From: an uncultured delta proteobacterium
GTDB taxonomy: Bacteria > Desulfobacterota > Binatia > Binatales > Binataceae
Direction: 5' to 3'
Assembly (NCBI GenBank): GCA_963744545.1
Contig: CAVUUH010000044.1
Location: 34,140 to 98,139 of the forward strand
DNA: 64,000 nt
Shown here: one piece after another, positions 49,472-60,086 of the stretch
Layout: each line of letters starts with the position of its first letter
Numbering within the stretch: the first letter of the stretch is position 1
Translations under genes and position numbers: made by a program
The notes under the pieces: model-generated
The model's input: only the letters and a program-made list of their open reading frames with translations
What the model was told of the DNA's origin: nothing
The model's database searches: none

Positions 49472-50964
49472 TCGAGCTGGTCGAGCGTCCGCCCAGCATC
49501 GGCGCCAGCGCCACTCGACCTCCGCGCGACTCGACGAACGCCTGACCGTCAACCTGCTTGCCGCGCCAATCCTCGCCCTTGATCAGAACGTCGGGTTTCA
49601 CCGCGCGAATAATTTTCTCGGCGTTGGTTTCTTCGAAGACCACCACGTAGTCGACCGCTTCCAGCGCGGCGAGGATTCTCGCGCGCTCGCCAGCGGGATA
49701 GACCGGGCGCCCGTCGCCCTTCAGATGCCGCACGCTGCGATCGCTGTTGAGTCCGACCACCAGCACGTCGGCTTGCGCGCGCGCAAACGCGAGACTCTGG
49801 ACGTGCCCGGCGTGCAGCAGATCGAAGCATCCGTTGGTGAATGCGATCCGCCGGCCGGCGCGACGCTCGCGCTCGAGCGCAGTCTTGAGTTCGTCCGCCG
49901 AATGAATTTTGCGCTCGTAGCTTTCGTGCGCGGGACTCAACGCTCTCGCGAGATCCTCGCGCGTGATCACTTCAGTGCCGATGCGGGTCACTTCGATACT
50001 CGCGGCAAGGTTTGCGATCGTCGCCGCCGACGAGAAACCGAGTCCCGGCGATCGAGAACATCCCGAACACGCTCAGCACCACGTCGCCCGCGCCCGTCAC
50101 GTCGTAAACTTCGCGCGGCACCGTCGAGACGTAAGTGTCTTTGCCGCCGCGCTCCGCGAGATACATCCCGTCGCGATCGAGCGTTATCAGGCAGGCGTCC
50201 AGGCCGAGTTTGCGCACGAGAGTCTCGGCCGCCTTGCGCCACGCGCCGCGGTCGGTGAGGCGCATCCCGGTCGCGACTTCGGTTTCGTGACGATTGGGTG
50301 TGAGCGCGGTGGCGCCGCGATAAATCGAAAAGTCTTCCGTCCGGCGCGGATCGACAATCACCGGGATGCCGCGCGCGCGGCCGCCGTCGATCAGCGCGCG
50401 GAGCACGTCGGGAGTCAGAATTCCCTTGTCGATATCTGAAATCAGCACGCCGTCGCAGTTGCGAAGTTCCGACTTGAGGCGCGCGATCAGCTCGCGCTCG
50501 CGCGGCGGCTTGAGCGGACGCGGATCTTCCTCGTCGACGCGCAACAGTTGCTGGGTCGCGCGATGGGCCGCCTGCACACTGCCGAGCATCCGATCTTTGA
50601 CGATAGTGGGGCGGTCAGGATCGATCAGAATCGAGCGAGTATCGATTCCGAGATCGGCGAAAATTTCGCGCAGCAGGCTGCCGTTGCGATCCGAGCCGAC
50701 CACGCTGAGCGCGCTGACGTCCGCGCCGAGCGCGCGCAGATTCGCCATCACGAAACCCGCGTTGCCCGGCTTCTCCTCGCGCCGCTGCACGCGAAGAATC
50801 GGGATCGGCGCCTCGGGCGAAATTCGCGAGACGTCGCCCCAGATGTAGCGATCGAGGATTACCTCGCCCGCGACCAGCACGCGCAACGGTTTCAGCGCCG
50901 GCAGACCATTTTGATGGCGCGCGGGTTCAGGATGAGCGTCAGAAGAGGTTTTGCGTCGAGCCAT
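49422..50964 (-). CDS. hldE: bifunctional heptose 7-phosphate kinase / heptose 1-phosphate adenylyltransferase, frame change at the ccc run 50044-50046
   Basis: kinase 'DVTGAGDVV' in the frame of 50964; after removing one g the sequence reads 'IAGLGFSSAATIANLAASIEVTRIGTEV...', joining the cytidylyltransferase domain 'TNGCFDLLHAGHV'. Confidence 0.85.
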
Positions 50965-50997
50965 GATGCGGCATCTTACGCCGCCGCGCGCCTGGCG

Positions 50998-51373
50998 TTA
51001 AACCGCGCGCGCGAGTCGATCGTTGAGTTCATCGCGGCTCGCGAGGAACCACACATCTTTGCCGCGGTTGGCCTCGCTCACGAAGGCGCGCAGAGCGGAA
51101 CTTTCAGCGAGGTGGCGGGAGATGTCGCCGACGATCGCGAGGCGCCGCTGGTATTGCACGAATTTCTGGATCAGCTCGCCGGCGATGCGGCGTTTTCAAC
51201 TGGAAGAATTCGTCGTCGAGGCATTCGACCGGAATCACGATCAGCGTGGCGTGATTCTCAAACGTCTTGCCGATGAGCTCGACGGCGTCATTGTAGGTTT
51301 GCAGCTTCGATCCGTCCGGCACGCATTCGAGGACGCGCACGCCGTGAAGTTCGTAGAATTTCGTCGACAGCAT
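50998..51373 (-). CDS. DUF4180 domain protein, frame change near 51190
   Basis: 'VLECVPDGSKLQTYNDAVELIG...IPVECLDDEFFQLKT' then in the other frame 'RIAGELIQKFVQYQRRLAIVGDISRHLAESSALRAFVSEANRG'. Confidence 0.7.
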
Positions 51374-51379
51374 TGTTCA

Positions 51380-52144
51380 TCACCTGATCGCGTAGCCGCC
51401 GTCGACGTACACGATCGATCCAGTCACGAAGTCCGACGCGTGCGAGGCGAGAAATATCGCCGCGCCCGCCATCTCTTCGGGCTTGCCGAAACGGCCGGCC
51501 GGCGTGCGCATGATTATTTCATCGAACATCCGCCCGCTCTGCGCGCCGACCGTCATGTCGGTCTCGATCCATCCCGGCACGATCGCGTTGACCTGGACGT
51601 TGTGCGGCGCGAGCTCGATCGCCATCGTCTTGGTCGTCTGCACCAGCGCGCCTTTCGACGCCGCGTACGGGATTCCAGCCTGCGCACCGAACGACGAGTA
51701 CTCACTCGCGATATTGATTATCTTGCCGTGCTTGCGCGCGACCATCGAGCGCGCCGCGATCTGCGAAAGAAAAAAACATGAGTTCAGGTTGGTTTCGATC
51801 ACGCGGTCCCAGTCCTCGGCCCTGAACTTCAACGCGCTGCGCATGATCGCGATGCCCGCGTTGTTGACGAGAATCGAGATCGGTCCGAGCTTGCGCTCGA
51901 CTTCCTCCATCGCAGGAGCAAGTTGATCGCGCCGCGTCACGTCCAGCGGTACGGCTATCGCCGGCACGCCTGCTTTCGTTAGCTCGTCGACTACGGCGCG
52001 ATTCTTCTCTTCGTTGCGCGCGAGGATCGCGACCGCCGCGCCGGCCTCGGCAAGTCCGAGCGCGATTCCGCGCCCGATTCCGCCATTGCCGCCGGTCACG
52101 ACGGCGACCTCGCCGCTCAAATCAAACATTTTCGGCGCAGCCAT
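51380..52144 (-). CDS. SDR family oxidoreductase
   Basis: 'VAVVTGGNGGIGRGIA', 'NNAG', 'YAASKGAL'. Confidence 0.85.
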   Translation of the reverse strand: MAAPKMFDLSGEVAVVTGGNGGIGRGIALGLAEAGAAVAILARNEEKNRAVVDELTKAGVPAIAVPLDVTRRDQLAPAMEEVERKLGPISILVNNAGIAIMRSALKFRAEDWDRVIETNLNSCFFLSQIAARSMVARKHGKIINIASEYSSFGAQAGIPYAASKGALVQTTKTMAIELAPHNVQVNAIVPGWIETDMTVGAQSGRMFDEIIMRTPAGRFGKPEEMAGAAIFLASHASDFVTGSIVYVDGGYAIR

Positions 52145-52167
52145 TTTTCAACCCACCTCGTCCTTAT

Positions 52168-52948
52168 TCAGCGGATGAAGAAACCGCCGTCCACAATAAT
52201 ATCCGCGCCGGTGACGAAATCCGACGCGTGCGACGCCAGGAATACCGCCGCACCCGCCATCTCGGACGGCTCGGCGAAGCGGCCTGCGGGAGTCCGCGTG
52301 ATCATCTCATCTTTCACCGCCGCGTACTTCGGATCATTGCGAATCCAGTCGGTCATGTCGGTCGTGGTCCAGCCGGGTGCGAGCGAATTGACCTGGATAT
52401 TGTGCGGCGCCAATTCGATCGCGAGGCATCGCGTGAGCTGCAGCAGGCCGCCCTTGCTGACGCCGTATGAAGGATAAATCGGAGTGCCTTTGTAACCGCC
52501 GACGCTCGCGACGTTGATAATTTTGCCGCCCGCTTTGCGCGGGATCATCGACTCGACCGCATACTTCGACAGCAGAAAGCATGAGGTGAGATTCGTTTCG
52601 ATGACTGAATCCCAGTCATCCTCGGAATGATCGAGCACGCCTTTCAGGATCGCGAAGCCCGCGTTATTCACCAGGATGTCGATCGGTCCGAGCTTGCGCT
52701 CGACCGCTTCCAGAGCTGGTTTCAGCGCCTTGCGCTGCGAGACGTCAAGCTTGAGGGCCATCGCGGGAACGCCGATTTTCTCGAGCTCTTTGACCGTGTC
52801 GCGATTGCGATCCTCGTTGCGCGCGAGAATCGCGACCGACGCTCCCGCTTCCGCAAGAGCCGAGCGCAATTCCGCGCCCGATGCCTCCGTTGCCGCCGGT
52901 GACGACCGCGACCTTGCCGCTCAAATCGAAAGTCTTTGGACTTGCCAT
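52168..52948 (-). CDS. SDR family oxidoreductase (tandem paralogue), frame change near 52856-52860
   Basis: 'VAVVTGGNGGIGRGIALG' in one frame, 'LAEAGASVAILARNED...NNAG...YGVSKGGL' in the next. Confidence 0.8.
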
Positions 52949-53079
52949 TGCGCTTCTCCTACGCGGGCAGATGGACAGCGAATGCTCACCGCTTCTATAT
53001 TGGCGTTTCGCACGAGTCGCAACCGGTCGCCTGCGTGCGTGCGAATTCGCGCAATCAGCGACGAGGAAAAATCACGACG

Positions 53080-54510
53080 ATGGGACTACGGACGGCTGAA
53101 CAATATAAAAGCTCGCTGCGCGATGGGCGCGCGGTATTTTTCCGGGGCGAAAAAGTCGCGGACGTCACGACGCATCCGGTGATCGGAATCGCGGTCGAAC
53201 ACGCGGCGCTCGACTACCGGATGGCGCACGATCCCAAGTATCGCGAGCTCGCGGTCGTGAAAGAGGGCGCCGACGAATACAGCCGCTACTACCATATTCC
53301 GCAAAATGGCGACGACCTGCTGAAGCGCAGCGCGCTGATCGCGGCTTCGACGCGCGAAGGTGCGACGCTGGTCGTGCTGATCAAGGAAATCGGCACCGAC
53401 GCGTTGCTCGCGCTGCACATCATCGGTGAGCGGCTCGCAGCTGCCGGCAAGCCCGAGTATCGCGAGCGCATCCACAAGTATTACCGCGAATGCCGCGACA
53501 ACGATCTCGCTGTCGCCGTTGCGCAGACCGACGTGAAGGGCGATCGCGCGCTCGGGCCAACGCAGCAGGACCATCCGGATTACTATGTGCGAATCGTCGA
53601 GGAGCGTCCCGACGGAATCGTCGTTCGCGGTGCGAAAGTCCACACCAGCGTCTCGACCAATACCAATGAGGTGATCGTGCTGCCGACGCGCGCGATGCGC
53701 GCCGAGGACAAGGCTTACGCGGTCGCGTTCGCGATTCCGGTAAACACGCCGGGGCTGAAGCTGCTCGCGTCGCCGCATGGAAGCTCGCACAAAAATGATT
53801 TCGAGCATCCGATCAGCGCGCGCCACAAGATGATGGAGACGCTGACGGTCTTCGACGACGTGTTCGTGCCCAAGGAGCGCGTGTTCCTGCAAGGCGAGAT
53901 CGATTTCGCGGGATTGCTCGCGCTGACCTTCGTAAGGTTCCATCGCTTCACCGCGGTGTCGTACAAATTGCCGCTGCTCGAGCTGATGGCGGGCGCGGGC
54001 CATGCGATTGCGGAGGCTAACGGCATCTCGCGCGCGGGACACGTTCGCGACAAGCTGACGCATCTCGCGGCTTATCACACGACGGTGCGCGGACTGATCG
54101 AGCATGCCGCGCGCACCTGCACTTACGAGGACGGCGTCGCGGTGCCGAACACGCTGCTCACCAACGTCGCGAAGTATCACTTCGCGCACAATTACCATCA
54201 GGCGGTGCAAATCGTGCAGGATCTCGCGGGCGGTCTGCTGGTGACCGGGCCGGCCGCTGAAGATCTCACGAGCGAGGCGACCCGCGCTTACGTGCTCAAG
54301 TACATGGGCGGCGCGAAAGGCTTCGACTCCGAGAAGCGGCTGCGGCTGCTGAACCTGATCAGCGATCTGACGTCGTCGGATTTCGGCGGCTACCAGGAAG
54401 TGCTCGCAGTGCACGCCGAAGGCGGCTTCGAAGCCGAGAAGCTGCAGGCCTACCGCGAGTACGACTTCAAGACGGTCGCCGCCTACGCGCGCAAGCTCGC
54501 AGGAATCTAA
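53080..54510 (+). CDS. HpaB / 4-hydroxybutyryl-CoA dehydratase (AbfD) superfamily protein
   Basis: '[33 protein letters not shown]', '[40 protein letters not shown]'; ATG at 53080 after an AGGAAAAA SD. Confidence 0.8.
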   Translation: [476 protein letters not shown]

Positions 54511-55472
54511 GCAAGCTTGGCCGCGAACTCGATGACTAGATCGGCGAACTGCTTGGGCGCTTCGCCATGCATCGAGTGCGGCATTTGCGGGAACGAACGG
54601 TAGTCGATCGTCTGGCCCGCGAGTTTGACCAGTTCGCATACGCGCTTTGCCTGCACGTCCGAGGCTGCGCCCATCAGGTGACCGTCATTGTCATCGACGC
54701 GGCGGAAATGGTGCGTGTACAGCACCGGGCATTTTACGCTGGCGAGCATCCGCGCATGGTCGCAACTCGCGAACACCGTGCCCTCCCAGAATGCGCGCGC
54801 CCACTCAGGATCGTATTCCTTCATCCGCTGCGGGATTTGGCCGTCTGCACTGAACATCATCGGCACGATTGCATTCGCCAACCAGCTCGGAAGTTCTGTC
54901 TTCGCAGCTTCGAGCATCCCCGCCCAATTGCCGACGCTCCACTGATCGCCAAGATACTTGCTCATCAACTTAAAGACCGGCCCGATCGTTTGAGGCATAC
55001 CCTGGCCGCACGAGGTGTTGACCTCCGAGCTGAACAGCGGCGGATCTTCGTAGACCGCGCCGCGAATCGTGCCGGGCATCGCGAATGCGGAGAGCCACGC
55101 GGCAATCACCCCGCCTGACGAGAGCCCGCTCACAATCACCGGTCGCTTGATTGCCAGCGCGATGAACCGCACCATGTCGTTGCCGAAGTTGTCGAGGGTG
55201 TAGCGGCCCGGAGTCCTGCTCGATTTTCCTTGCCCGCGAAGATCGACCGCGAACGCTTGAAAGTGGTCCTGCAGCAGGCCCATCGCCTGCTCGTAGCCCC
55301 ACCACGATTCCGTTTGTCCCGGGATCAGCAACAACGCGGGCTTGTCGGTCGCACCTGCGACTGCGTAGTTGATGACGGCCTCTCCAGTGTCAATCGTTTT
55401 TTCGGCGAAGGCGTGGCTGACATAGGTTGCCGCCGGGTTTTCGGGGCCGAAAAGAAGTTGCGGCTGGGTCAT
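54507..55472 (-). CDS. alpha/beta hydrolase
   Basis: 'LLLIPGQTESWW', 'DLRGQGKS', nucleophile elbow 'GLSSGG'. Confidence 0.85.
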   Translation of the reverse strand: MTQPQLLFGPENPAATYVSHAFAEKTIDTGEAVINYAVAGATDKPALLLIPGQTESWWGYEQAMGLLQDHFQAFAVDLRGQGKSSRTPGRYTLDNFGNDMVRFIALAIKRPVIVSGLSSGGVIAAWLSAFAMPGTIRGAVYEDPPLFSSEVNTSCGQGMPQTIGPVFKLMSKYLGDQWSVGNWAGMLEAAKTELPSWLANAIVPMMFSADGQIPQRMKEYDPEWARAFWEGTVFASCDHARMLASVKCPVLYTHHFRRVDDNDGHLMGAASDVQAKRVCELVKLAGQTIDYRSFPQMPHSMHGEAPKQFADLVIEFAAKLA

Positions 55473-56635
55473 AGGACCATCTCCTGCTTGGTCGCGCCGA
55501 GGATCATCCCGCCGACCGCTTTGGCTAATGGATCAGGCACGAGGTAAGCGTGCGCGAGCGCGGCTTGCATATCCTGAAAACGGCGCTGCAGCGGATGGTC
55601 GAGAAAGATCGCGCGCCCGCTCGCCGCGCGAAACAGATCGGTAACCGCCTGTCCAATCAGATCGCATCCGCGATTCATGTTCCAGCGCATTTGCGCGCGC
55701 TGTTGCATCGATACCGCCTCGTGAGCTTCGGCCATTTGCCGCAACTCGATCGCATCGGCGCGCACGCGGCTGACAGTGGCGTCGAGGTACCAGAGAGCTT
55801 CGGCGAGACGATTCTGAATCAGTGAATCGTCGGCAGCGCGTCCGCCTGAATTGAGTTTGCGGTCGCGCGTCCCACCTATCCACGCATCGACAAATCCTCG
55901 AGCGGAGCCGAGCGCCGATGCGGCAATCGCCATGTTGAACACCACTGACCACGGCAATCGGAACAGCGGACCTTTATTCAGATCCTGACCGGGCAGAGAA
56001 GCATTCATCGCGTAGTCGAGATGAGACTGCGTTCGATATTCGGGAACGAATGTTTCTTCGACAATGATGTCCTTGCTGCCGGTGCCCCTGAGGCCGGCGA
56101 CGTGCCAGTTGTCTTCGATTCGGTATTGATCGCGCATAAGCAGGAACGAGCGAAAATCGCGAACCTGGTTTCCTGCGATCTCGCGCGTGCCAGAGATGGC
56201 GCCAAGCATCACGCCGCGACAATGGTCGCAACCGGTCGAGAACGACCACCGTCCCGAAAGTTTGTAGCCGCCAGCAACTTTTTCGGCTTTGCCGGTAGGA
56301 TTGTACGACGACGAGTGCATGGTCGCGGGATCGTCGCGCCACATCTCCTGCTGCGCTTTTTCGGTGAACAGACCGAGTTGCCACGGATGGACTCCGATAA
56401 CGCCCGCAACCCAGCCGGCCGACGGCGACGCACGGGAGATCTCGATCGTCGCGTCGACGAATTCGACCAGGGAAACCTCGCCGCCGCCGAATCGCGCCGG
56501 TTGCAGCGATCGCAGGAAACCGCCGTCCAGCAGTAGCTTCCAGGTGGAATCGCTCAAGCGCCGCAGCTCATCATCTTCGGCTGCGTTGGCAGCAAGCATC
56601 GGCGCAATCCGCTTCGCCTCTTCAACCAGGCTCAT
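55469..56635 (-). CDS. acyl-CoA dehydrogenase-fold protein, likely flavin-dependent monooxygenase oxygenase component (HsaA/DszC-like)
   Basis: 'RRLSDSTWKLLLDGGFLRSLQPARFGGGEVSLVEFVDATIEISRASPSAGWV' is typical of type-2 ACAD-fold monooxygenases. Confidence 0.75.
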   Translation of the reverse strand: MSLVEEAKRIAPMLAANAAEDDELRRLSDSTWKLLLDGGFLRSLQPARFGGGEVSLVEFVDATIEISRASPSAGWVAGVIGVHPWQLGLFTEKAQQEMWRDDPATMHSSSYNPTGKAEKVAGGYKLSGRWSFSTGCDHCRGVMLGAISGTREIAGNQVRDFRSFLLMRDQYRIEDNWHVAGLRGTGSKDIIVEETFVPEYRTQSHLDYAMNASLPGQDLNKGPLFRLPWSVVFNMAIAASALGSARGFVDAWIGGTRDRKLNSGGRAADDSLIQNRLAEALWYLDATVSRVRADAIELRQMAEAHEAVSMQQRAQMRWNMNRGCDLIGQAVTDLFRAASGRAIFLDHPLQRRFQDMQAALAHAYLVPDPLAKAVGGMILGATKQEMVL

Positions 56636-56650
56636 CGGAATATGTCGAGG

Positions 56651-57013
56651 CTACTTTTCCGTGCGCAGCTCGACGGTGTTGCCGTCGGGATCGAGGATCC
56701 ATAGTTGACGGCCCGCACCCATGTTCGGACCTTCGAGAAACTCGATCCCCATTTCCTTGAGCGAGCGCTTGGTCTCGTCGAAGTCTTCGACGTCGAATGC
56801 CACGTGAGCGCCGAGCGGGTCGGGCTTCTGGCCGCGGTTCTCGCTCGAGATGATATGCAGCGCGTTGTTGCCGATTCCGTACCACGCACCGCCGAAGCCG
56901 AAGTTCGGACGCGGGATGCGCTTCAGCCCGACCACATTTTCATAAAAGGCAGTCGCCTTCTCGACATCGCTGACGCGAAACGCCGCATGATTGAACGCCT
57001 TCAACTTGATCAT
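56651..57013 (-). CDS. VOC (glyoxalase/dioxygenase) family protein
   Basis: 120 aa from the ATG at 57011-57013: 'FNHAAFRVSDVEKATAFYENVVGL...HVAFDVEDFD...LDPDGNTVEL'. Confidence 0.8.
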   Translation of the reverse strand: MIKLKAFNHAAFRVSDVEKATAFYENVVGLKRIPRPNFGFGGAWYGIGNNALHIISSENRGQKPDPLGAHVAFDVEDFDETKRSLKEMGIEFLEGPNMGAGRQLWILDPDGNTVELRTEK

Positions 57014-57039
57014 CTGAATTCTCCCTGCCGTGAACTTTT

Positions 57040-57855
57040 CTAATGCACTTCGCCGCCGCCTGCGACGTTGATCGTCTCGCCGGTGATGTTTTCCGCGCGG
57101 CACAAATAGATCACCGCCTCGCCGATATCGGCAGGGGTCTGCTCGCGCTTCAAGTAGGTGTTGCGCGCAATATATTCGTCGAATGCGGCTTCGCGATTCA
57201 CCCCGTACTGAGCGCCGATGAGTGGATCGAGCACGTCGGTCCACATCGCGGTGCGCAGAAACCCGGGGCATACCGCGTTGACGCGAATGTTCAACGGACC
57301 CAGCTCTTCCGCGAGGGCTTGCGTAAAGCCGACCACTGCGAACTTGCTCGCGCAATATGCCGACGCGCCGCCGTGCCCGGTTTTTCCCGCGACCGACGCG
57401 ATATTCACGATCGCGCCCTCGCGATTCTTCGCCATGTGCGGGATACATGCTTTCGCGCAGAGGAACGGCCCCTTCGCATTCACCGCCATCACGCGGTCCC
57501 ACGCTTCTTCGGCAAAATCGCTCACCGGTCCGACCGCGATGATGCCCGCGTTATTCACGAGGATGTCGATCGCGCCGAGTTTCGCGACCACCTCCGACGC
57601 CATCCACTCGAGGTCCGCGAATCGAGTCACGTCGGCGAGGATCGGGATCGCTTTCACGCCGAGCTTCTTGGCCTCGTCGACCGTGCGATTGAGATCGGCC
57701 TGCGCGCCGAGATTGTAGGTGAGCGCGCGGTCCGCAGGATTGCCGAGATCGACCAGCGCGACGTTCGCTCCCGCCGCCGCCAGCTTCATCGCGATTCCGC
57801 GTCCGATTCCCCGCGCCGCGCCTGTGACGATTGCGTTCTTGCCCTTCAGTTCCAT
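57040..57855 (-). CDS. SDR family oxidoreductase
   Basis: 'AIVTGAARGIGRGIA', 'NNAG', 'YCASKFAV'. Confidence 0.9.
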   Translation of the reverse strand: MELKGKNAIVTGAARGIGRGIAMKLAAAGANVALVDLGNPADRALTYNLGAQADLNRTVDEAKKLGVKAIPILADVTRFADLEWMASEVVAKLGAIDILVNNAGIIAVGPVSDFAEEAWDRVMAVNAKGPFLCAKACIPHMAKNREGAIVNIASVAGKTGHGGASAYCASKFAVVGFTQALAEELGPLNIRVNAVCPGFLRTAMWTDVLDPLIGAQYGVNREAAFDEYIARNTYLKREQTPADIGEAVIYLCRAENITGETINVAGGGEVH

Positions 57856-57924
57856 CGATTCTCTGTAGCACGACCAGCGGCGGCGGCGGTAAGCGTCTAC
57901 TCGCTCGCCAGAGCCGCATCTCGC

Positions 57925-58632
57925 TTACGCTTCTGGCTTGGCAACGAGGCTCCAGTCGCTGGCGTACTGAATGAGTCCCAACTTGCGTGCGACGGCCAGC
58001 GACGCCGTGTTGCTCCAATAAGTGCTGTACAGAGGGATTCGTCCAGACGTGCGGATTGCGCAAGCCCACGCCGCCGTCACGCGGGCGGCAAGTCCGCGTC
58101 CGCGAAAAGCGGCGGCAGTTTCGAGACCTGCTTCGACCGCAGGCGCTGAATTCCTTGTCGCGCAAAAGCAAACGCTGACAGGGTAGCCGCCGTCCATGAC
58201 CGCTACGATCGGCGAACACCACGAAATTTCCTCGGCGATCCAACCTCGAAAGTGGCGCTCAAGCAGATCCAGCCTGTCGATAAGCGTGATATCGGTCGGC
58301 TGTAGAATTTCGTCTGGAAATCTGAACGCCGGACCTGACACAATCCGACCGCCTACAAGCGACAGGTATTTGTCCGCATGTAGTGGCGGAGCCTGAAAAT
58401 CTCTGAGCGGCGACTCGTCGCCGGCCAGCCGATCGAGTTCATCGGCAATCTCTCCAGCTATGTCGCTTCGCACACCCCAAGCAACATTTGATTTGCCACG
58501 GATGAGCACAAAGTCAGGCGCCGGACGGGCGTTCGGTTCAGTAGTCACAGTGATCCGGCCGTGCGACTCCTGCAGCCCTTGTGCGAGGGGTCGCTGAAGG
58601 AAGAGGGTTCTCAGCTGGAGATCGGGAGTCAC
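57925..58632 (-). CDS. GNAT family N-acetyltransferase (C-terminal domain)
   Basis: 'VEAGLETAAAFRGRGLAARVTAAWACAI...NTASLAVARKLGL'. Confidence 0.65.
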   Translation of the reverse strand: MTPDLQLRTLFLQRPLAQGLQESHGRITVTTEPNARPAPDFVLIRGKSNVAWGVRSDIAGEIADELDRLAGDESPLRDFQAPPLHADKYLSLVGGRIVSGPAFRFPDEILQPTDITLIDRLDLLERHFRGWIAEEISWCSPIVAVMDGGYPVSVCFCATRNSAPAVEAGLETAAAFRGRGLAARVTAAWACAIRTSGRIPLYSTYWSNTASLAVARKLGLIQYASDWSLVAKPEA

Positions 58633-58678
58633 CTCCTCACGCTACAGGAGTTTCGGCACGACGTCTGGCGGCGACGAG

Positions 58679-59848
58679 TTACTCGAAGGCGTTCTCGCCG
58701 GTGATGTCGCGGCCGAGGATCAGCGTATGTACGTCGAAGGTTCCTTCGTAGGTGTTCACTGTCTCCAGGTTCAGCATGTGACGAATCACCGGGTACTCGT
58801 TCACGATTCCGTTGGCGCCCAGCATGTCGCGAGCGTCGCGCGCGATTTTCAGCGCCTCGTTGACGTTGTTTCGCTTGGCGAACGACACGTGCTCGGGGCG
58901 CATCTTGCCCGCGTCCTTCAGATGCGCGAGGCGCAGGCAAACCATCTGAGCTTTGGTGATCTCGGTGAGCATCTTCACCAGCTTTGCCTGTACCAACTGA
59001 TAGCCGGCGAGCGGACGCGAAAATTGCTTGCGCGATTTCGTGTAGTCGAGCGCGCAATGGAAACACGACCGCGCCGCGCCGATCGCGCCCCACGCGATTC
59101 CATAGCGTGCCTGCGTCAGGCATCCGAGCGGACCCTTGAGCCCGCGCGCTTTCTCGAGGTGGGCGGTCTTCGGAATTCGCACGTCTTCTAAAATGAGTTC
59201 CGACGTGATCGACGCGCGCATCGAGAATTTTCCATGGATGTCGCGGGTCGAGAATCCCGGCGTCCCTTTTTCGACCAGGAACCCGGTTATGCCCTCTTCG
59301 ACCTTCGCCCAGACGATTGCGACGTCGGCGATTGAACCGTTAGTGATCCATCGCTTGGTTCCGTTGAGAATCCAGCCGTCGCCGTCGCGCCGTGCCCGCG
59401 TTTCCATCCCGCCCGGGTCCGAGCCGTGATCCGGCTCGGTCAGCCCGAAGCATCCGATCAATTTTCCCTTCGCCATTTCCGGCAAGTAGCGTTGCTTCTG
59501 TTCCTCGCTTCCGTTTGCATAAATCGCGTACATCGAAAGCGCACTTTGTACCGACGCAAAGGACCGAAGGCCCGAGTCTCCCGCCTCGAGCTCCTGCATA
59601 ATCAGACCATAGGCTACGTTGTTCATACCCGCGCATCCGTAACCCTTCAAATTAGCTCCGAACATCCCTAGCTCGGCCATTTGCGGTACGAGATGCATTG
59701 GGAAGGTTTCACTCGCGAAATTGCTCTCGATTAGCGGCAGAATCTCGCGATCGACGAAGCGCTTGGCGGTATCGCGCGCCATCCGTTCTTCGTCGGTCAG
59801 CAGGTCGTCGAGGTGAAAAAAATCGAGGTCTCTTAGTAAATCCGACAT
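58679..59848 (-). CDS. gcdH: glutaryl-CoA dehydrogenase
   Basis: 'GCFGLTEPDHGSDPGGMETRARRDGDGWILNGTKRWITNG' and the overall GCDH pattern. Confidence 0.9.
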   Translation of the reverse strand: MSDLLRDLDFFHLDDLLTDEERMARDTAKRFVDREILPLIESNFASETFPMHLVPQMAELGMFGANLKGYGCAGMNNVAYGLIMQELEAGDSGLRSFASVQSALSMYAIYANGSEEQKQRYLPEMAKGKLIGCFGLTEPDHGSDPGGMETRARRDGDGWILNGTKRWITNGSIADVAIVWAKVEEGITGFLVEKGTPGFSTRDIHGKFSMRASITSELILEDVRIPKTAHLEKARGLKGPLGCLTQARYGIAWGAIGAARSCFHCALDYTKSRKQFSRPLAGYQLVQAKLVKMLTEITKAQMVCLRLAHLKDAGKMRPEHVSFAKRNNVNEALKIARDARDMLGANGIVNEYPVIRHMLNLETVNTYEGTFDVHTLILGRDITGENAFE

Positions 59849-60086
59849 GTTGCGCTCCGTGCGATTTTTGAAGGGTGTTTTAATCCGAATTCAAGGGCAA
59901 TGATCGCCAAAATACCGTCCGTACAGACTGTTCTTTGGATGACTGGAATCATCGCCTCGGTATTGCCCGCTCTTGACCGGCTCGCGTCCATTCCGCAGGC
60001 TGGTAAGGAACGAAAAATTGCCTTATCACGGCTACTAGTTGCCTCTGATTTAGGTATCACGTAGGCTTATACATCGACTCAAAAGT

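Noticed and set aside
49972-49991. hldA and hldC as two separate overlapping genes
   Set aside because: Removing one g from the run at 50044-46 gives the continuous linker 'IAGLGFSSAATIANLAASIEVTRIGTEV', as in fused HldE. The separate-gene model would leave the kinase with a non-homologous tail.
53086-54639. 517-aa minus-strand ORF
   Set aside because: It is antisense to the well-supported HpaB/AbfD-family gene. The Arg/Ala/His-rich composition is typical of shadow ORFs in GC-rich DNA.
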